Part shown: positions 7,249 through 16,076 of the stretch, piece by piece
How positions within the stretch are numbered: position 1 is the first letter of the stretch
Layout: the number at the start of each line of letters is the position of its first letter
Assembly (NCBI GenBank): GCA_015063325.1
Contig: SVUK01000004.1
Coordinates: 148,665 to 212,664 of the forward strand
DNA from: Oscillospiraceae bacterium
GTDB lineage: Bacteria > Bacillota > Clostridia > Oscillospirales > CAG-272
DNA length: 64,000 bases
Direction: 5' to 3'
Notes under the pieces: generated by a model
The model's database searches: none
Told to the model about the DNA's origin: nothing
What the model saw: the letters and a program-made list of their open reading frames with translations, nothing else
Translations under genes and position numbers: made by a program

Positions 7249-8920
7249 CGCATTCTTCCTCCTCGTCGTCATATACCGGCGGATGCAGGATATTCAGATT
7301 ATAATCGGTTTTGCCGAATTCGCAACGGTCAAGCAACATTTGAGGAATTTTTTTGATAGTGATATTTTGATATGCTTTTTCAAGGCCGGCATCGTAGGAT
7401 CGGCAAGCAATAATCAAATATTCGCCTTCCTCCATCGTGTCCCGAATGGAATCCAAGAATGGGCTGTTCAAGTGCCGCGTCGTCACAAAAAGATAACTGT
7501 TTTCGTTCCCGACTGACTGCTTCCAAAACAGGTTGCCGTCGGGTTGATAAGTAAAGCCCTCGTGTAAAGCCATTGCCGCCGCAAGCATATCCGGATTATA
7601 TTCCGGATTGATGATATGCTCTCCAAAACCGTCTACATTGAGGAGCGAAGGGGCAAGTTCAAAGAAGCGATAACTGCCGCCACCTCTCCAGTTCACAGCT
7701 GTTGAAATTCCGGTCTTGTCGCCTTCGATTACTCTATCCAAACGGGGGCGACAAAGAGTATATGCGTGATCTCCCATTTCAACACCTATATACCTTCTTC
7801 CCATTTTGTGAGCGACAGCGGCTGTTGTTCCTGAGCCAAGGAAACTATCCAATACCATATCTCCGGGCATCGAAAAATGTGAAAGAAGATGCTTGATAAG
7901 AATTTCCGGCTTTTTTCCGCCTCTAAACTCAGATCCACCTTCTTGACGGCAATTACCAAAATTCGCTGCCAAATCAAGGAAACCATTTATGGGTACTTCC
8001 TTTGTCATTTTGCCGCTTTCGATTTTATCCATGGGTACGCCCTGATAATACTTACCTTTTGTAGCACCCGCTTTGTTTGGACCGGTAAAAAAGCGATAAT
8101 CATAGCGGTCATCACCAATGCCATATACTTTGTAAAGCACCCCATATCCGTCTTCTGCATATCTTCCGGTTAAATAATCACGGAAAAACCGACCAGAAGA
8201 ATTTCCATCCAGTATGGTGCCTGAAGCCCATATTTCTTTCAAACCATATTCGGAACCGTCTTCTTCAATTATCTGGTAAGTGCCTTTCGCATATACTTCG
8301 ACTTTTTTCCCACCGAGTTCAATTTCTTTAAGTGGCTCTCCCTCCACCTCGATTCTATATTTGAACTTGTCATAGCCGGCCTCAACGGATTCCATAATGG
8401 GCTTAGCCGAAGGAGTTTTTCGATAAATATGGACCTGTTCTATTTCTTTATGGAAAGCCATGTCTTGTTTAAGGGTTTTCTCAGGATAGCGCACACGAAC
8501 ATAAATGGTTGTTAGATAGTTGGAACGCCCAAATATTTCGTCAAGAATTGTTTTTAGGTAATGCCCTTCAGAATCATCTATTTGACAGCAGAAGAAGCCA
8601 TCATCTGAAAGAATATTTCTTAATAGCGTTAGCCGGGAGTACATCAAGCCAAGCCAGATACTATGTTCAAGATTATCATCATAATATTCAAAAGCTTCAC
8701 CGGTGTTGTATGGAGGGTCTATGTAAATACACTTCACCTGACCGGCATACTTACTCTCCAATGCCTTCAGCGCCAAGAGGTTGTCCCCGTGGATCAGCAT
8801 ATTCTCCGTATTGGGATCATTGGCGCAGTTCGACAGAGCCGCATTTTCAATCAAAATACGCGGCTCAACCACAATCGGCTCATCCTTCCCGTACCAAGTC
8901 AGTTCCAATTTGTTTGGCAT
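7238..8920 (-). CDS. mod: Type III R-M Mod subunit (beta-class N6-adenine/N4-cytosine DNA methyltransferase)
   Basis: Motif IV CIYIDPPYNTG lies near the N-terminus, and motif I DSFLGSGTTAAVA lies in the C-terminal third with a variable region between. Positioned directly upstream of and overlapping res. Confidence 0.85.
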   Translation of the reverse strand: MPNKLELTWYGKDEPIVVEPRILIENAALSNCANDPNTENMLIHGDNLLALKALESKYAGQVKCIYIDPPYNTGEAFEYYDDNLEHSIWLGLMYSRLTLLRNILSDDGFFCCQIDDSEGHYLKTILDEIFGRSNYLTTIYVRVRYPEKTLKQDMAFHKEIEQVHIYRKTPSAKPIMESVEAGYDKFKYRIEVEGEPLKEIELGGKKVEVYAKGTYQIIEEDGSEYGLKEIWASGTILDGNSSGRFFRDYLTGRYAEDGYGVLYKVYGIGDDRYDYRFFTGPNKAGATKGKYYQGVPMDKIESGKMTKEVPINGFLDLAANFGNCRQEGGSEFRGGKKPEILIKHLLSHFSMPGDMVLDSFLGSGTTAAVAHKMGRRYIGVEMGDHAYTLCRPRLDRVIEGDKTGISTAVNWRGGGSYRFFELAPSLLNVDGFGEHIINPEYNPDMLAAAMALHEGFTYQPDGNLFWKQSVGNENSYLFVTTRHLNSPFLDSIRDTMEEGEYLIIACRSYDAGLEKAYQNITIKKIPQMLLDRCEFGKTDYNLNILHPPVYDDEEEECDEE

Positions 8921-8922
8921 GA

Positions 8923-9429
8923 TTATTTGTCCTCCGATTTTCTAGCATCCTTTTGTTGTGCGAAATTCCCTTGTAGCATACCTAAAACAGCTAATTGACC
9001 GTTCTTAAATTGCTCTTGTGCCTTCATTTCATCAGACATACCCTTTGGAATATATGGATTTTGAATTGTATCCCATGTAATTTTGTCTTTATATCCCAAG
9101 CAAACAGCCATTTCTTCTAAAAGTTTATATTTTAATGTCGCACGCTTATTGGCAAGTTGGACGGAATTTTCGGTTGAATTGTAAGCATCCAATAGATTAG
9201 CCCACGCTGTACGTACCTTTTTATCGTTTACAAATACAACATCGATCATATTGAGAGCCTCAACGCTCTCTTTTGTCCACACAAAAGCACGCGTATTCAT
9301 TAAAACAGTAAAAATACGCATTTTATCTTCGCGCTTTTTGGCTCGTGTTTGCAAACATTGCCCGATAATGACTGCTACAATCGGTACAACAACAAGAGCG
9401 ATAATACTAACCCAATCTTTAACTTCCAT
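8923..9429 (-). CDS. membrane-anchored hypothetical protein (168 aa) translationally coupled to mod
   Basis: Single N-terminal TM helix (WVSIIALVVVPIVAVIIGQCL). Its last codons contain the GGAGG RBS of mod, and its TAA lies 2 nt before the mod ATG. Confidence 0.7.
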   Translation of the reverse strand: MEVKDWVSIIALVVVPIVAVIIGQCLQTRAKKREDKMRIFTVLMNTRAFVWTKESVEALNMIDVVFVNDKKVRTAWANLLDAYNSTENSVQLANKRATLKYKLLEEMAVCLGYKDKITWDTIQNPYIPKGMSDEMKAQEQFKNGQLAVLGMLQGNFAQQKDARKSEDK

Positions 9430-9482
9430 ATTACAAAAACTCCTTTTCTGTGCTTTATTAGCTACGATAGCTTTCTGTTATA

Positions 9483-10739
9483 TTACGAATCCAACGCTTT
9501 TTCCGGCTCCATTAAAAAGTCCTGGAGCGAAAGCATCAAAATGCCCTGTTCGTTGTATCCGCTCATGATGGGCTGGTTGACAATAATGATTTTGCGGAAA
9601 GCATCGTTAATCGAGAGGAGCGACGCTTGCTCCTGCCGCATTTTTTCTTCCGAGGCGATATTATAAGCCGATTGGATATAATACCGCTTGTTGCCGCTGT
9701 TAACGACAAAATCTACTTCCAATCTGTTTCTTGCCAAGTCTCCACCATTTTCGCGGCGAACAGTTTCCACCACGCCAACATCGACGGAATAACCGCGCAG
9801 GCGCAGTTCGTTGTAAATCACGTTTTCCATAATGTGCGTGTACTCTTGCTGACGGAAGGAAAGGCGCGCGTTACGAAGCCCCATATCCACAAAGTAGTAT
9901 TTGGCGGGAGTGTTGATATACTTTTTACCTTTGATGTCGTAGCGAACCGCTTTTTCTATTAAGAATGCGTCCTGTAAATAATTCAGGTAATTGATGATCG
10001 TGTTTACGGACAGCTTGACGTTCTTCGTGCTACTAAAGGTGTTTGAAAGTTTCAAGGGGTTGGTCAACGAGCCGATCGAAGACGCTAAAACATCGGTCAG
10101 TTCACCAATCTCCGTATTGCCTCGCAAACTGTTGCGGTTGATAATATCGGCAAGGTAGGTCGTTTCAAACAAGTTGGTCAGGTACTTTGCCTTATCCTCC
10201 TGCGTCTGCATGGACAGGCAAAGCGGCATACCGCCAAAGTTGCAATACATAACCCACGCCTTATCAAATTCGCCGCCGTAAGCCGAATAAAACTCCGAAA
10301 AATTGAGCGGATAGACACGGATCTCATCGCCGCGGCCACGGAACTCGGTAATAATATCGCTGGAAAGAAATTTGGAGTTGCTTCCGGTCACGTAAATATC
10401 AGCATTTGGAATGTGCATAAAACCGTTGATCACGCTCTCAAAATCGGCAACTAATTGGATCTCATCAAGAAGAATGTAGTAGTCCCCCTCGTCTGCAATG
10501 GCATTCTTTATATGCTGATACAGTTCGTCCGGATTCTGCAACGCTTTGTTTCCGTAATCGTCCAGAGCAATTGCGATAATATGATCCGCCGGAACACTGC
10601 TCCCAAGCAAATAGTCCCGAAAGAGTTTGAACAGCAGATAGGATTTGCCGCACCGACGAACACCGGTTACGATCTTGACCATGCCGTTCTTTTGATGTTT
10701 GATCAACTTGTTCAAATAAAAATCGCGTTTGATTTCCAT
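9483..10739 (-). CDS. AAA-family ATPase with C-terminal DUF4143-type nuclease-fold domain
   Basis: Walker A GVRRCGKSYLL, Walker B YYILLDEIQ, C-terminal LEVDFVV..KRYYIQ. First gene of the minus-strand cargo operon. Confidence 0.75.
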   Translation of the reverse strand: MEIKRDFYLNKLIKHQKNGMVKIVTGVRRCGKSYLLFKLFRDYLLGSSVPADHIIAIALDDYGNKALQNPDELYQHIKNAIADEGDYYILLDEIQLVADFESVINGFMHIPNADIYVTGSNSKFLSSDIITEFRGRGDEIRVYPLNFSEFYSAYGGEFDKAWVMYCNFGGMPLCLSMQTQEDKAKYLTNLFETTYLADIINRNSLRGNTEIGELTDVLASSIGSLTNPLKLSNTFSSTKNVKLSVNTIINYLNYLQDAFLIEKAVRYDIKGKKYINTPAKYYFVDMGLRNARLSFRQQEYTHIMENVIYNELRLRGYSVDVGVVETVRRENGGDLARNRLEVDFVVNSGNKRYYIQSAYNIASEEKMRQEQASLLSINDAFRKIIIVNQPIMSGYNEQGILMLSLQDFLMEPEKALDS

Positions 10740-10769
10740 TTTGCGCTCCTAATAGTTTTATTTGTCTAT

Positions 10770-10798
10770 ATTATACCTCTTTAGAATGCAAAAGTCAA
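10770..10798 (-). promoter_or_regulatory. sigma-70-type promoter of the minus-strand cargo operon
   Basis: On the minus strand: TTGACT (10798-10793), 17-nt spacer, TATAAT (10775-10770), about 30 nt upstream of ATG 10739. Confidence 0.6.
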
Positions 10799-10918
10799 CA
10801 TCAAAACTGAAAATTTTTGTAACAATATATGATTTTTTTAAGTTGTTGGATGAACGATCTGTATATGCAAATAAATAGTCGTATCAATATATCGTATCAA
10901 TGCAATTTATTTTATGTA

Positions 10919-10947
10919 TTGACAACTGCCATGCGTCGTGATATAAT
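10919..10947 (+). promoter_or_regulatory. sigma-70-type promoter of the XRE-recombinase operon
   Basis: TTGACA (10919-10924), 17-nt spacer, TATAAT (10942-10947). Confidence 0.6.
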
Positions 10948-10975
10948 AGAGAAAAGAAATCGGAGGTCTGATACA

Positions 10976-11335
10976 ATGTTAAATGAAGCTGTTTCAAAAA
11001 GATTAAGAGAATTACGTACAGGAATCAAACTTTCGCAGGCAAAACTGGCGGCGAAGTTCGGTGTTGCGCAGTCTCTCATTGCAAGATACGAAACCGGCGA
11101 GCACTTGCCGCCGTTGGAGCTCCTAATCAAATATGCCGATTTTTTCGATGTTTCTATGGATTTTCTTGTCGGCAGAACCGATGCTCCACAGGGAAAACTG
11201 TATCACTATCAACCAAAAGCAATCAACGATGACAAAATGCGAGAATTCGTTGAAATGTGCTTTGAACCGAACTCCCCTGCAAATGCCAAACTCAAAGAAG
11301 CTGTCATTAAACTGTTTGAGGAGGAAAGCAAATGA
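10976..11335 (+). CDS. XRE-family helix-turn-helix transcriptional regulator
   Basis: LSQAKLAAKFGVAQSLIARYETG HTH motif. GGAGG RBS 9 nt upstream of ATG 10976 (the ORF track extends to 10829 without an RBS). The stop overlaps the recombinase start (ATGA). Confidence 0.8.
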   Translation: MLNEAVSKRLRELRTGIKLSQAKLAAKFGVAQSLIARYETGEHLPPLELLIKYADFFDVSMDFLVGRTDAPQGKLYHYQPKAINDDKMREFVEMCFEPNSPANAKLKEAVIKLFEEESK

Positions 11336-12834
11336 GAGCCGTCATTTATGCGCGTTATTCGTCGGACAATCAGCGCGAAGAGAGTATTGAGGGTCAGTTG
11401 CGCGAATGCAACGACTACGCCGAATTCAACCACATAGAAGTCGTCGGCAACTATATTGACCGCGCGTACTCGGCAAAGACCGATCACCGTCCCGAATTTC
11501 AGCGGATGATCAAAGACAGCGCAAAAAACTTTTTTGATACCATCATTGTCTGGAAACTTGACCGTTTCTCACGTAACCGCTACGATTCGGCTCGCTACAA
11601 ACACCTTCTCAAAAAGAACGGTGTGAAGGTTGTTTCCGCGAAGGAAACGATCGCCGAGGGTTCGGAAGGAATCCTGCTCGAATCCCTTCTGGAAGGTATG
11701 GCGGAGTATTATTCTGCCGATTTGTCCGAAAAGGTCAAACGCGGCATGACCGAGAATGCGAAGAAAGGCAAAACGAACGGTGTTCCTGCGCCGTTTGGAT
11801 ATTACGTAGATGAGGACGACCGTTTTCAGATTGACGAAAAGACCGCTCCCATTGTCCGTGAAATTTTTGAACTTTACGTTGACGGGAAACGCACGCAGGA
11901 AATCAAAAATATTTTGAATGCCCGCGGAATCAAAAATCGGAACTATCCGTTCTCCTATAACACCGTCTTCCGCATTTTGACGAACCGAAAATACATGGGG
12001 GAATACAAGTTTGGAGATATTGTCATTCCAAACGGGGTCCCGGCGATCATTGATGAAAAACTCTTTGAAAAAGCTCAGACAAGAATGAAAAACAACAAAC
12101 GCGCTCCGGCAATGCACCGCTCGGAAGACGATTACCTTCTTACAACCAAACTGTTCTGCGGAAAGTGCGGCGCGCTGATGACCGGTGCAATTGGAAGAAA
12201 TCGAAAGAATGTGCAATATCGCTATTACAGATGCAACCGCGCTGAGAAAAAAGAATGCGATAAAAAATCGGTCCGAAAAGAGTGGATCGAAAGTCAGGTG
12301 ATCGATTGCATTCTGGAAATTCTGAAAAGCGACAAGATTTTGGACGAGATTGCCACAAGAATTTACGAAATGCAAGCCGAAGAAAGCTTCTTGTTAAAGT
12401 CCTTGCAAGGCCAACTGGACGATACCAAGCAAAAACTTAAAAATATCGTTACGGCAATCGAGAACGGCGTTTATTCGGATACAACAAAAGAACGCCTGGA
12501 CGAACTGGAAGCGCAAAAGAAAGTACTCGAAGCCAAAATAGGCGAGGAGCAACACGCCCACCCGATCGTTCCGCAGGAAGAAATCTTTGTTGCGTTACAG
12601 AATTACAAACGGATCGACATCTCCACAAAAGAAGGAAAACAAAAGCTGATCGACGCATTTGTCAACTCCATTTATCTCTATGATGACCGTTTCGTCATCA
12701 CGTTTAACTACAAAGATCAATCCAAAACCGTATCCCTTGAGGAGATCGAGTGTTTACCTTTGACATCTCAGGTTTCACCACAAAAAGAAAACCACCGCGC
12801 TTCGCGGTGGTTTTCTTGTTGTGGTGATTTCTAA
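11332..12834 (+). CDS. large serine recombinase
   Basis: Resolvase N-terminus AVIYARYSSDNQREESIEGQ (catalytic Ser), recombinase domain, zinc ribbon CGKCG..YYRCNRAEKKEC, coiled coil. The 3' end reads through a long hairpin (caccacaaaaagaaaaccaccgcg/cgcggtggttttcttgttgtggtg). Confidence 0.9.
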   Translation: MRAVIYARYSSDNQREESIEGQLRECNDYAEFNHIEVVGNYIDRAYSAKTDHRPEFQRMIKDSAKNFFDTIIVWKLDRFSRNRYDSARYKHLLKKNGVKVVSAKETIAEGSEGILLESLLEGMAEYYSADLSEKVKRGMTENAKKGKTNGVPAPFGYYVDEDDRFQIDEKTAPIVREIFELYVDGKRTQEIKNILNARGIKNRNYPFSYNTVFRILTNRKYMGEYKFGDIVIPNGVPAIIDEKLFEKAQTRMKNNKRAPAMHRSEDDYLLTTKLFCGKCGALMTGAIGRNRKNVQYRYYRCNRAEKKECDKKSVRKEWIESQVIDCILEILKSDKILDEIATRIYEMQAEESFLLKSLQGQLDDTKQKLKNIVTAIENGVYSDTTKERLDELEAQKKVLEAKIGEEQHAHPIVPQEEIFVALQNYKRIDISTKEGKQKLIDAFVNSIYLYDDRFVITFNYKDQSKTVSLEEIECLPLTSQVSPQKENHRASRWFSCCGDF

Positions 12835-13114
12835 TTCCTATGGAGACAGTTTTTGCCAGGCAAAACATGGGTTCGCATTTTTCACCGCGGTCAGGGTATT
12901 CGTTCGCGAGGGTGATAAGACAAGAAAAGTCAGGAAAGTTCGCGCGAAGCGCGAAAAAAGAACTTGAGGCTCTGCCTCAAACCCCGCCAACTTTAAAAAA
13001 AGTTGTATTAAAAACTTTTTCTCTTTTCCAAAGCTTTTAGAAGAGGGGAGAGCGCGAGAGGGGAGAATCCTTTTTTCAAAAAGGTTTCTCCCCTCTCGCG
13101 GTCTTATAACTGTT

Positions 13115-14188
13115 TTACTGTGCAATATGTTCTGCTACGGAGTAAAGCGCGGCGATTTCAGCGCGGCGTTTCTCGCAGATTGCCTTCATGGTTTCCAGTT
13201 CGGCAGGCGAGAAGCGGTCAAGATCACCGGGCTTGAGCTTGTTTTTGTACATCCGGTCGGTGATGAGCGCCAGGGTGATATCCATACTGTCGATCTTATC
13301 CTCGTTTTCACAAACGACGAGGTTGGATTTACCTTCCACCAGCTTTTCCACGGCGTAGCAAGCCATCCGTGCGGCGGTTACGCGGTCGCGTGCGGTCGGT
13401 CTGCCACCGCGAATGACGTGGGCGGCGCGGAAGAACTTGCTGTCCATTCCGGCGTCCTTGATTTTTTGGTTCAGCACCTCGGCGTAGGGCGTTCCGTCGT
13501 CAGCTTTGAGTCCCTCGGCAACAACCACAATCATGTTGCGCTTTCCGGCGGCTCTATGGGCGAGAATACGCTTGATAGCGGCGTCTTCGTTAAACGGGAT
13601 TTCCGGAATGGCGCAGGCAACCGCACCCGAAGCAATTGCTGCGTAGAGAGCAATCTGTCCGCACTCGTTGCCCATCAGTTCCACAACACCAACGCGTGCG
13701 TGGGATTCATGCGTATCGCGAAGGTTGTCGATCAGCGCAGTGGAGGTATTGATGGCGGTATCCAATCCGATGGTGTAATCGGTGGCGGTAATGTCGTTAT
13801 CAATGGTGCCGGGAATGCCGATGGAAGGAATTCCGTGCAAAGTCATGTCGGTTGCACCGCGGAAAGTTCCGTCGCCGCCAATGCAGATCAGCGCGTCAAT
13901 GCTGTTGGCGCGGCAGGTTGCAATCGCGGTTTGCATTCCTTCTTCGGTTTTAAATTCGGGGCAACGGCTGGAATAGAGGATTGTACCGCTCTCGCCCACA
14001 ATATTGGAAATTTTATGCTCGGTCAGCTCTACCAAATCGTTTTGAATCAAACCGGCATAACCGCCGTTGATGCCGATGACCTCAATTCCTAACTCTGCCG
14101 CACGGTGAACGGCGGCTTTTACACAGGCATTCATTCCGGGAGCGTCGCCGCCGGATGTGAGAATACCGATCTTTCTGAATTTTTGCAT
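13115..14188 (-). CDS. pfkA: ATP-dependent 6-phosphofructokinase
   Basis: GILTSGGDAPGMNA and CIGGDGTFRGA motifs. Start taken at ATG 14188 (MQKFRKIGILTSGGD). Confidence 0.9.
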   Translation of the reverse strand: MQKFRKIGILTSGGDAPGMNACVKAAVHRAAELGIEVIGINGGYAGLIQNDLVELTEHKISNIVGESGTILYSSRCPEFKTEEGMQTAIATCRANSIDALICIGGDGTFRGATDMTLHGIPSIGIPGTIDNDITATDYTIGLDTAINTSTALIDNLRDTHESHARVGVVELMGNECGQIALYAAIASGAVACAIPEIPFNEDAAIKRILAHRAAGKRNMIVVVAEGLKADDGTPYAEVLNQKIKDAGMDSKFFRAAHVIRGGRPTARDRVTAARMACYAVEKLVEGKSNLVVCENEDKIDSMDITLALITDRMYKNKLKPGDLDRFSPAELETMKAICEKRRAEIAALYSVAEHIAQ

Positions 14189-14420
14189 AAACAAAACCTA
14201 ACCTTTCCGCCCGATTTCTACGGAGTAACCCACGGGCAAAGAACATACACATCTATTTTAACTGATTTTAACTGCAAAATCAAGATGTTTTGGCAAAAAA
14301 TTCACATTTTTCCGAAAAAAACAATTCTTCTTGACAAGCAGGCGTAAAGAAGATATAATGAACGTATACGTATACTAAAAATAGAGTAAATTAATAAGGA
14401 TCAAAAAAGGAGAAAGCAAA

Positions 14421-15446
14421 ATGGGATTTGAAAACAAATTCGCAAGATTCATGCGCAATACCGGTCCGGCGCGCTTCTTTATTCCGATGGGATTGATTTT
14501 GATCATAGCCGGAATCCTTTTGATGGTGTTCAGCACCGGCGATTTCGTAGAAACAACGGCAAAAAATCAATCGGTTGAAGAGGTTCTTGTGACCGGTGAG
14601 ACAAATCAGACAGAATACGAGATTAAATTCGATTACGAAGTGGGCGGAAAGATCTACACCGGCAGTTTTCAAATGGTTAAAGAGTATAAGGTCGGCGACG
14701 AGATAACGATTTACTACGAGTCCTCTAATCCCGAGAAGATTACCAATACCAAAAACGGTAATCTGATCGGTTGGATCATGATCGGCGTCGGCGCGGTAGC
14801 AATCGTCGGGGGTATTTTTGCAACCGTCAAGGCATTCCAAAAGAGTAAAGCCCTGGACGAGGCGATTCCGGGAGGTAAACCGGATACAACCGCGTTCAAC
14901 AATTTCAAAACAGATGAAGGCGTTACCGAATATTATTTCCGATTCGACGGGCATTCGCTCAAACCGGGATATATTATTGAGGATGCAAACCGAAATGTCC
15001 TGTTTGAGGGCAAGATGACCAAGCAGGCGCTGGTCGGCGCGCGGACATACGAGTTCCACAATCACGTTACCGGGTCGGTTGCCGAGCATCAGATTGGACA
15101 CACGATAACGCAGAGCTACAACGACGAATTCTTTTCGAGAAAATCGTGGTTCAAAGTGGACGGAGAAAACGTTTGGGATCTTCTGCACGGAAAGGGTATT
15201 CGTCTGATCACCGACCTGCATAGCGAGCTCCCCTATCTCGTTTACAACGTCAGCAGAAATGGTAACCCGATTGCAATCGTTGAAACCAGCAGTTTGTACG
15301 TTCACGAGGATGAGGAAGCACAGCATAAGATCGTTCTTCCGACGGGGAATATGTACTATCGTTTTTGGACGAATTCGAGTGATTTTGAAACGCTGTTCCT
15401 GACCATTTTTGCCATTTCCGAAACCGAACAAACGGTAGTGGAATAA
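14421..15446 (+). CDS. DUF3592-type membrane protein
   Basis: RBS aaaggag upstream. TM helix, then a beta-rich segment, then a second TM helix, as in DUF3592. The longer antisense ORF 14391-15476 is rejected. Confidence 0.7.
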   Translation: MGFENKFARFMRNTGPARFFIPMGLILIIAGILLMVFSTGDFVETTAKNQSVEEVLVTGETNQTEYEIKFDYEVGGKIYTGSFQMVKEYKVGDEITIYYESSNPEKITNTKNGNLIGWIMIGVGAVAIVGGIFATVKAFQKSKALDEAIPGGKPDTTAFNNFKTDEGVTEYYFRFDGHSLKPGYIIEDANRNVLFEGKMTKQALVGARTYEFHNHVTGSVAEHQIGHTITQSYNDEFFSRKSWFKVDGENVWDLLHGKGIRLITDLHSELPYLVYNVSRNGNPIAIVETSSLYVHEDEEAQHKIVLPTGNMYYRFWTNSSDFETLFLTIFAISETEQTVVE

Positions 15447-15490
15447 GACAAAAGTCCGGAAGACAAAATACAGCAAACGCTCAAGAAAAT

Positions 15491-15533
15491 AAAAAACGCG
15501 CCAATGCAGAATTATTGCATCGGCGCGTTTTTT
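15491..15533 (+). terminator. rho-independent terminator
   Basis: cgcgccaatgca..tgcatcggcgcg stem followed by TTTTTT. Confidence 0.7.
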
Positions 15534-15580
15534 GAGGTTTGAAAATAACCAACAAAACCGGGTGAGATCGGATTAGAAGA

Positions 15581-15626
15581 AAAACTCGTCTGAACCTTGT
15601 GAGTTCAAACGAGTTCAACTTGGCGG
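15581..15626. repeat. left direct repeat (attL) of island 2
   Basis: aaaactcgtctgaaccttgtgagttcaaacgagttcaacttggcgg matches 26876-26921 at 42 of 46 positions. On the minus strand it folds as a 13-bp stem followed by UUUUU. Confidence 0.75.
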
Positions 15627-15709
15627 CACGTGTGCCACTCTCATTGAACTTTTGATCGAGTTTTAGCTTCTGTTTTCATTCCCTATATATCACTATTATT
15701 TTAAAAAAA

Positions 15710-15760
15710 TCTCTAAAATATAGAGAAAACCTTGACAAACGGAAGTTGTCTTGGTATAAT
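15710..15760 (+). promoter_or_regulatory. promoter of the defence operon with an upstream palindrome (possible operator)
   Basis: Palindrome tctcta-aaata-tagaga (15710-15726). TTGACA (15732-15737), 17-nt spacer, TATAAT (15755-15760). Confidence 0.6.
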
Positions 15761-15799
15761 AATATCAAACGCATCAACTTATTTTGTAAGGAGCAAAAA

Positions 15800-16009
15800 A
15801 TGGCAGTAAGTTATAAAAAACTATGGAAACTTCTAATTGATAAAGATATGAAAAAAGAGGATTTGCGCAAGGCAACTGGTATTACTACAACGGCAATGGC
15901 TAAACTCGGCAGGAACGAGAACGTTAATACTGAAATACTTGTAAAGATTTGCACGGCGCTTCAATGTGAACTAAATGATATTGTAGAAATTGTTGGCACA
16001 GAACAATGA
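15800..16009 (+). CDS. small HTH transcriptional regulator (69 aa), controller (C)-protein-like position
   Basis: KEDLRKATGITTTAMAKLGRNENV HTH motif. AAGGAG RBS upstream of ATG 15800. First gene of the R-M/Gabija-like operon. Confidence 0.75.
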   Translation: MAVSYKKLWKLLIDKDMKKEDLRKATGITTTAMAKLGRNENVNTEILVKICTALQCELNDIVEIVGTEQ

Positions 16010-16076
16010 ATATTATGAAACTGAGAATAGTTAATAGTATCGAAACAAAAGCAAATAAGTTATTAGGAGAAAAAAG

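Larger units (their letters stand above)
340..12870. mobile_element. Island 1: Tn4451-like mobilisable element (large serine recombinase at one end, MobV relaxase + oriT at the other) carrying defence cargo; ends approximate
   Basis: Contains recombinase 11332-12834, XRE regulator, relaxase 677-1792 and oriT 1858-1899, and lies directly 3' of tRNA-Glu. No long flanking repeat was found; only the 8-mer aaaacatg is shared, at 353-360 and 12862-12869. Boundaries are therefore inferred from gene content and terminators. Confidence 0.5.

Noticed and set aside
7238-8920. Phase-variable simple-sequence repeat in Type III mod
   Set aside because: I looked for tetra- or penta-nucleotide or long homopolymer tracts of the kind seen in phasevarion mod genes and saw none longer than about 6 nt.
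12835-13114. 280-bp spacer with small ORFs (12838-13125, 12840-13040) and a run of short hairpins (ttcgcgc/gcgcgaa, ttgaggc/gcctcaa, caacttt/aagttg)
   Set aside because: The ORFs lack RBSs and recognisable content. The large palindrome at ~13041-13110 is adequately explained as the pfkA terminator. I cannot assign a function to the smaller hairpins from sequence alone.
14391-15476. 361-aa minus-strand ORF, slightly longer than the opposing gene
   Set aside because: The plus-strand gene 14421-15446 has a good RBS, TM helices and a DUF3592-like layout. The minus-strand product is low-complexity and has no start context.
15627-15670. Possible tRNA 3' remnant next to the left repeat (tggcggcacgtgtgccactctcattgaac)
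   Set aside because: Only the CCGCCA end matches tRNA-Ser. The upstream bases do not form a T-arm or an acceptor stem, so this is island sequence, not a duplicated tRNA fragment.
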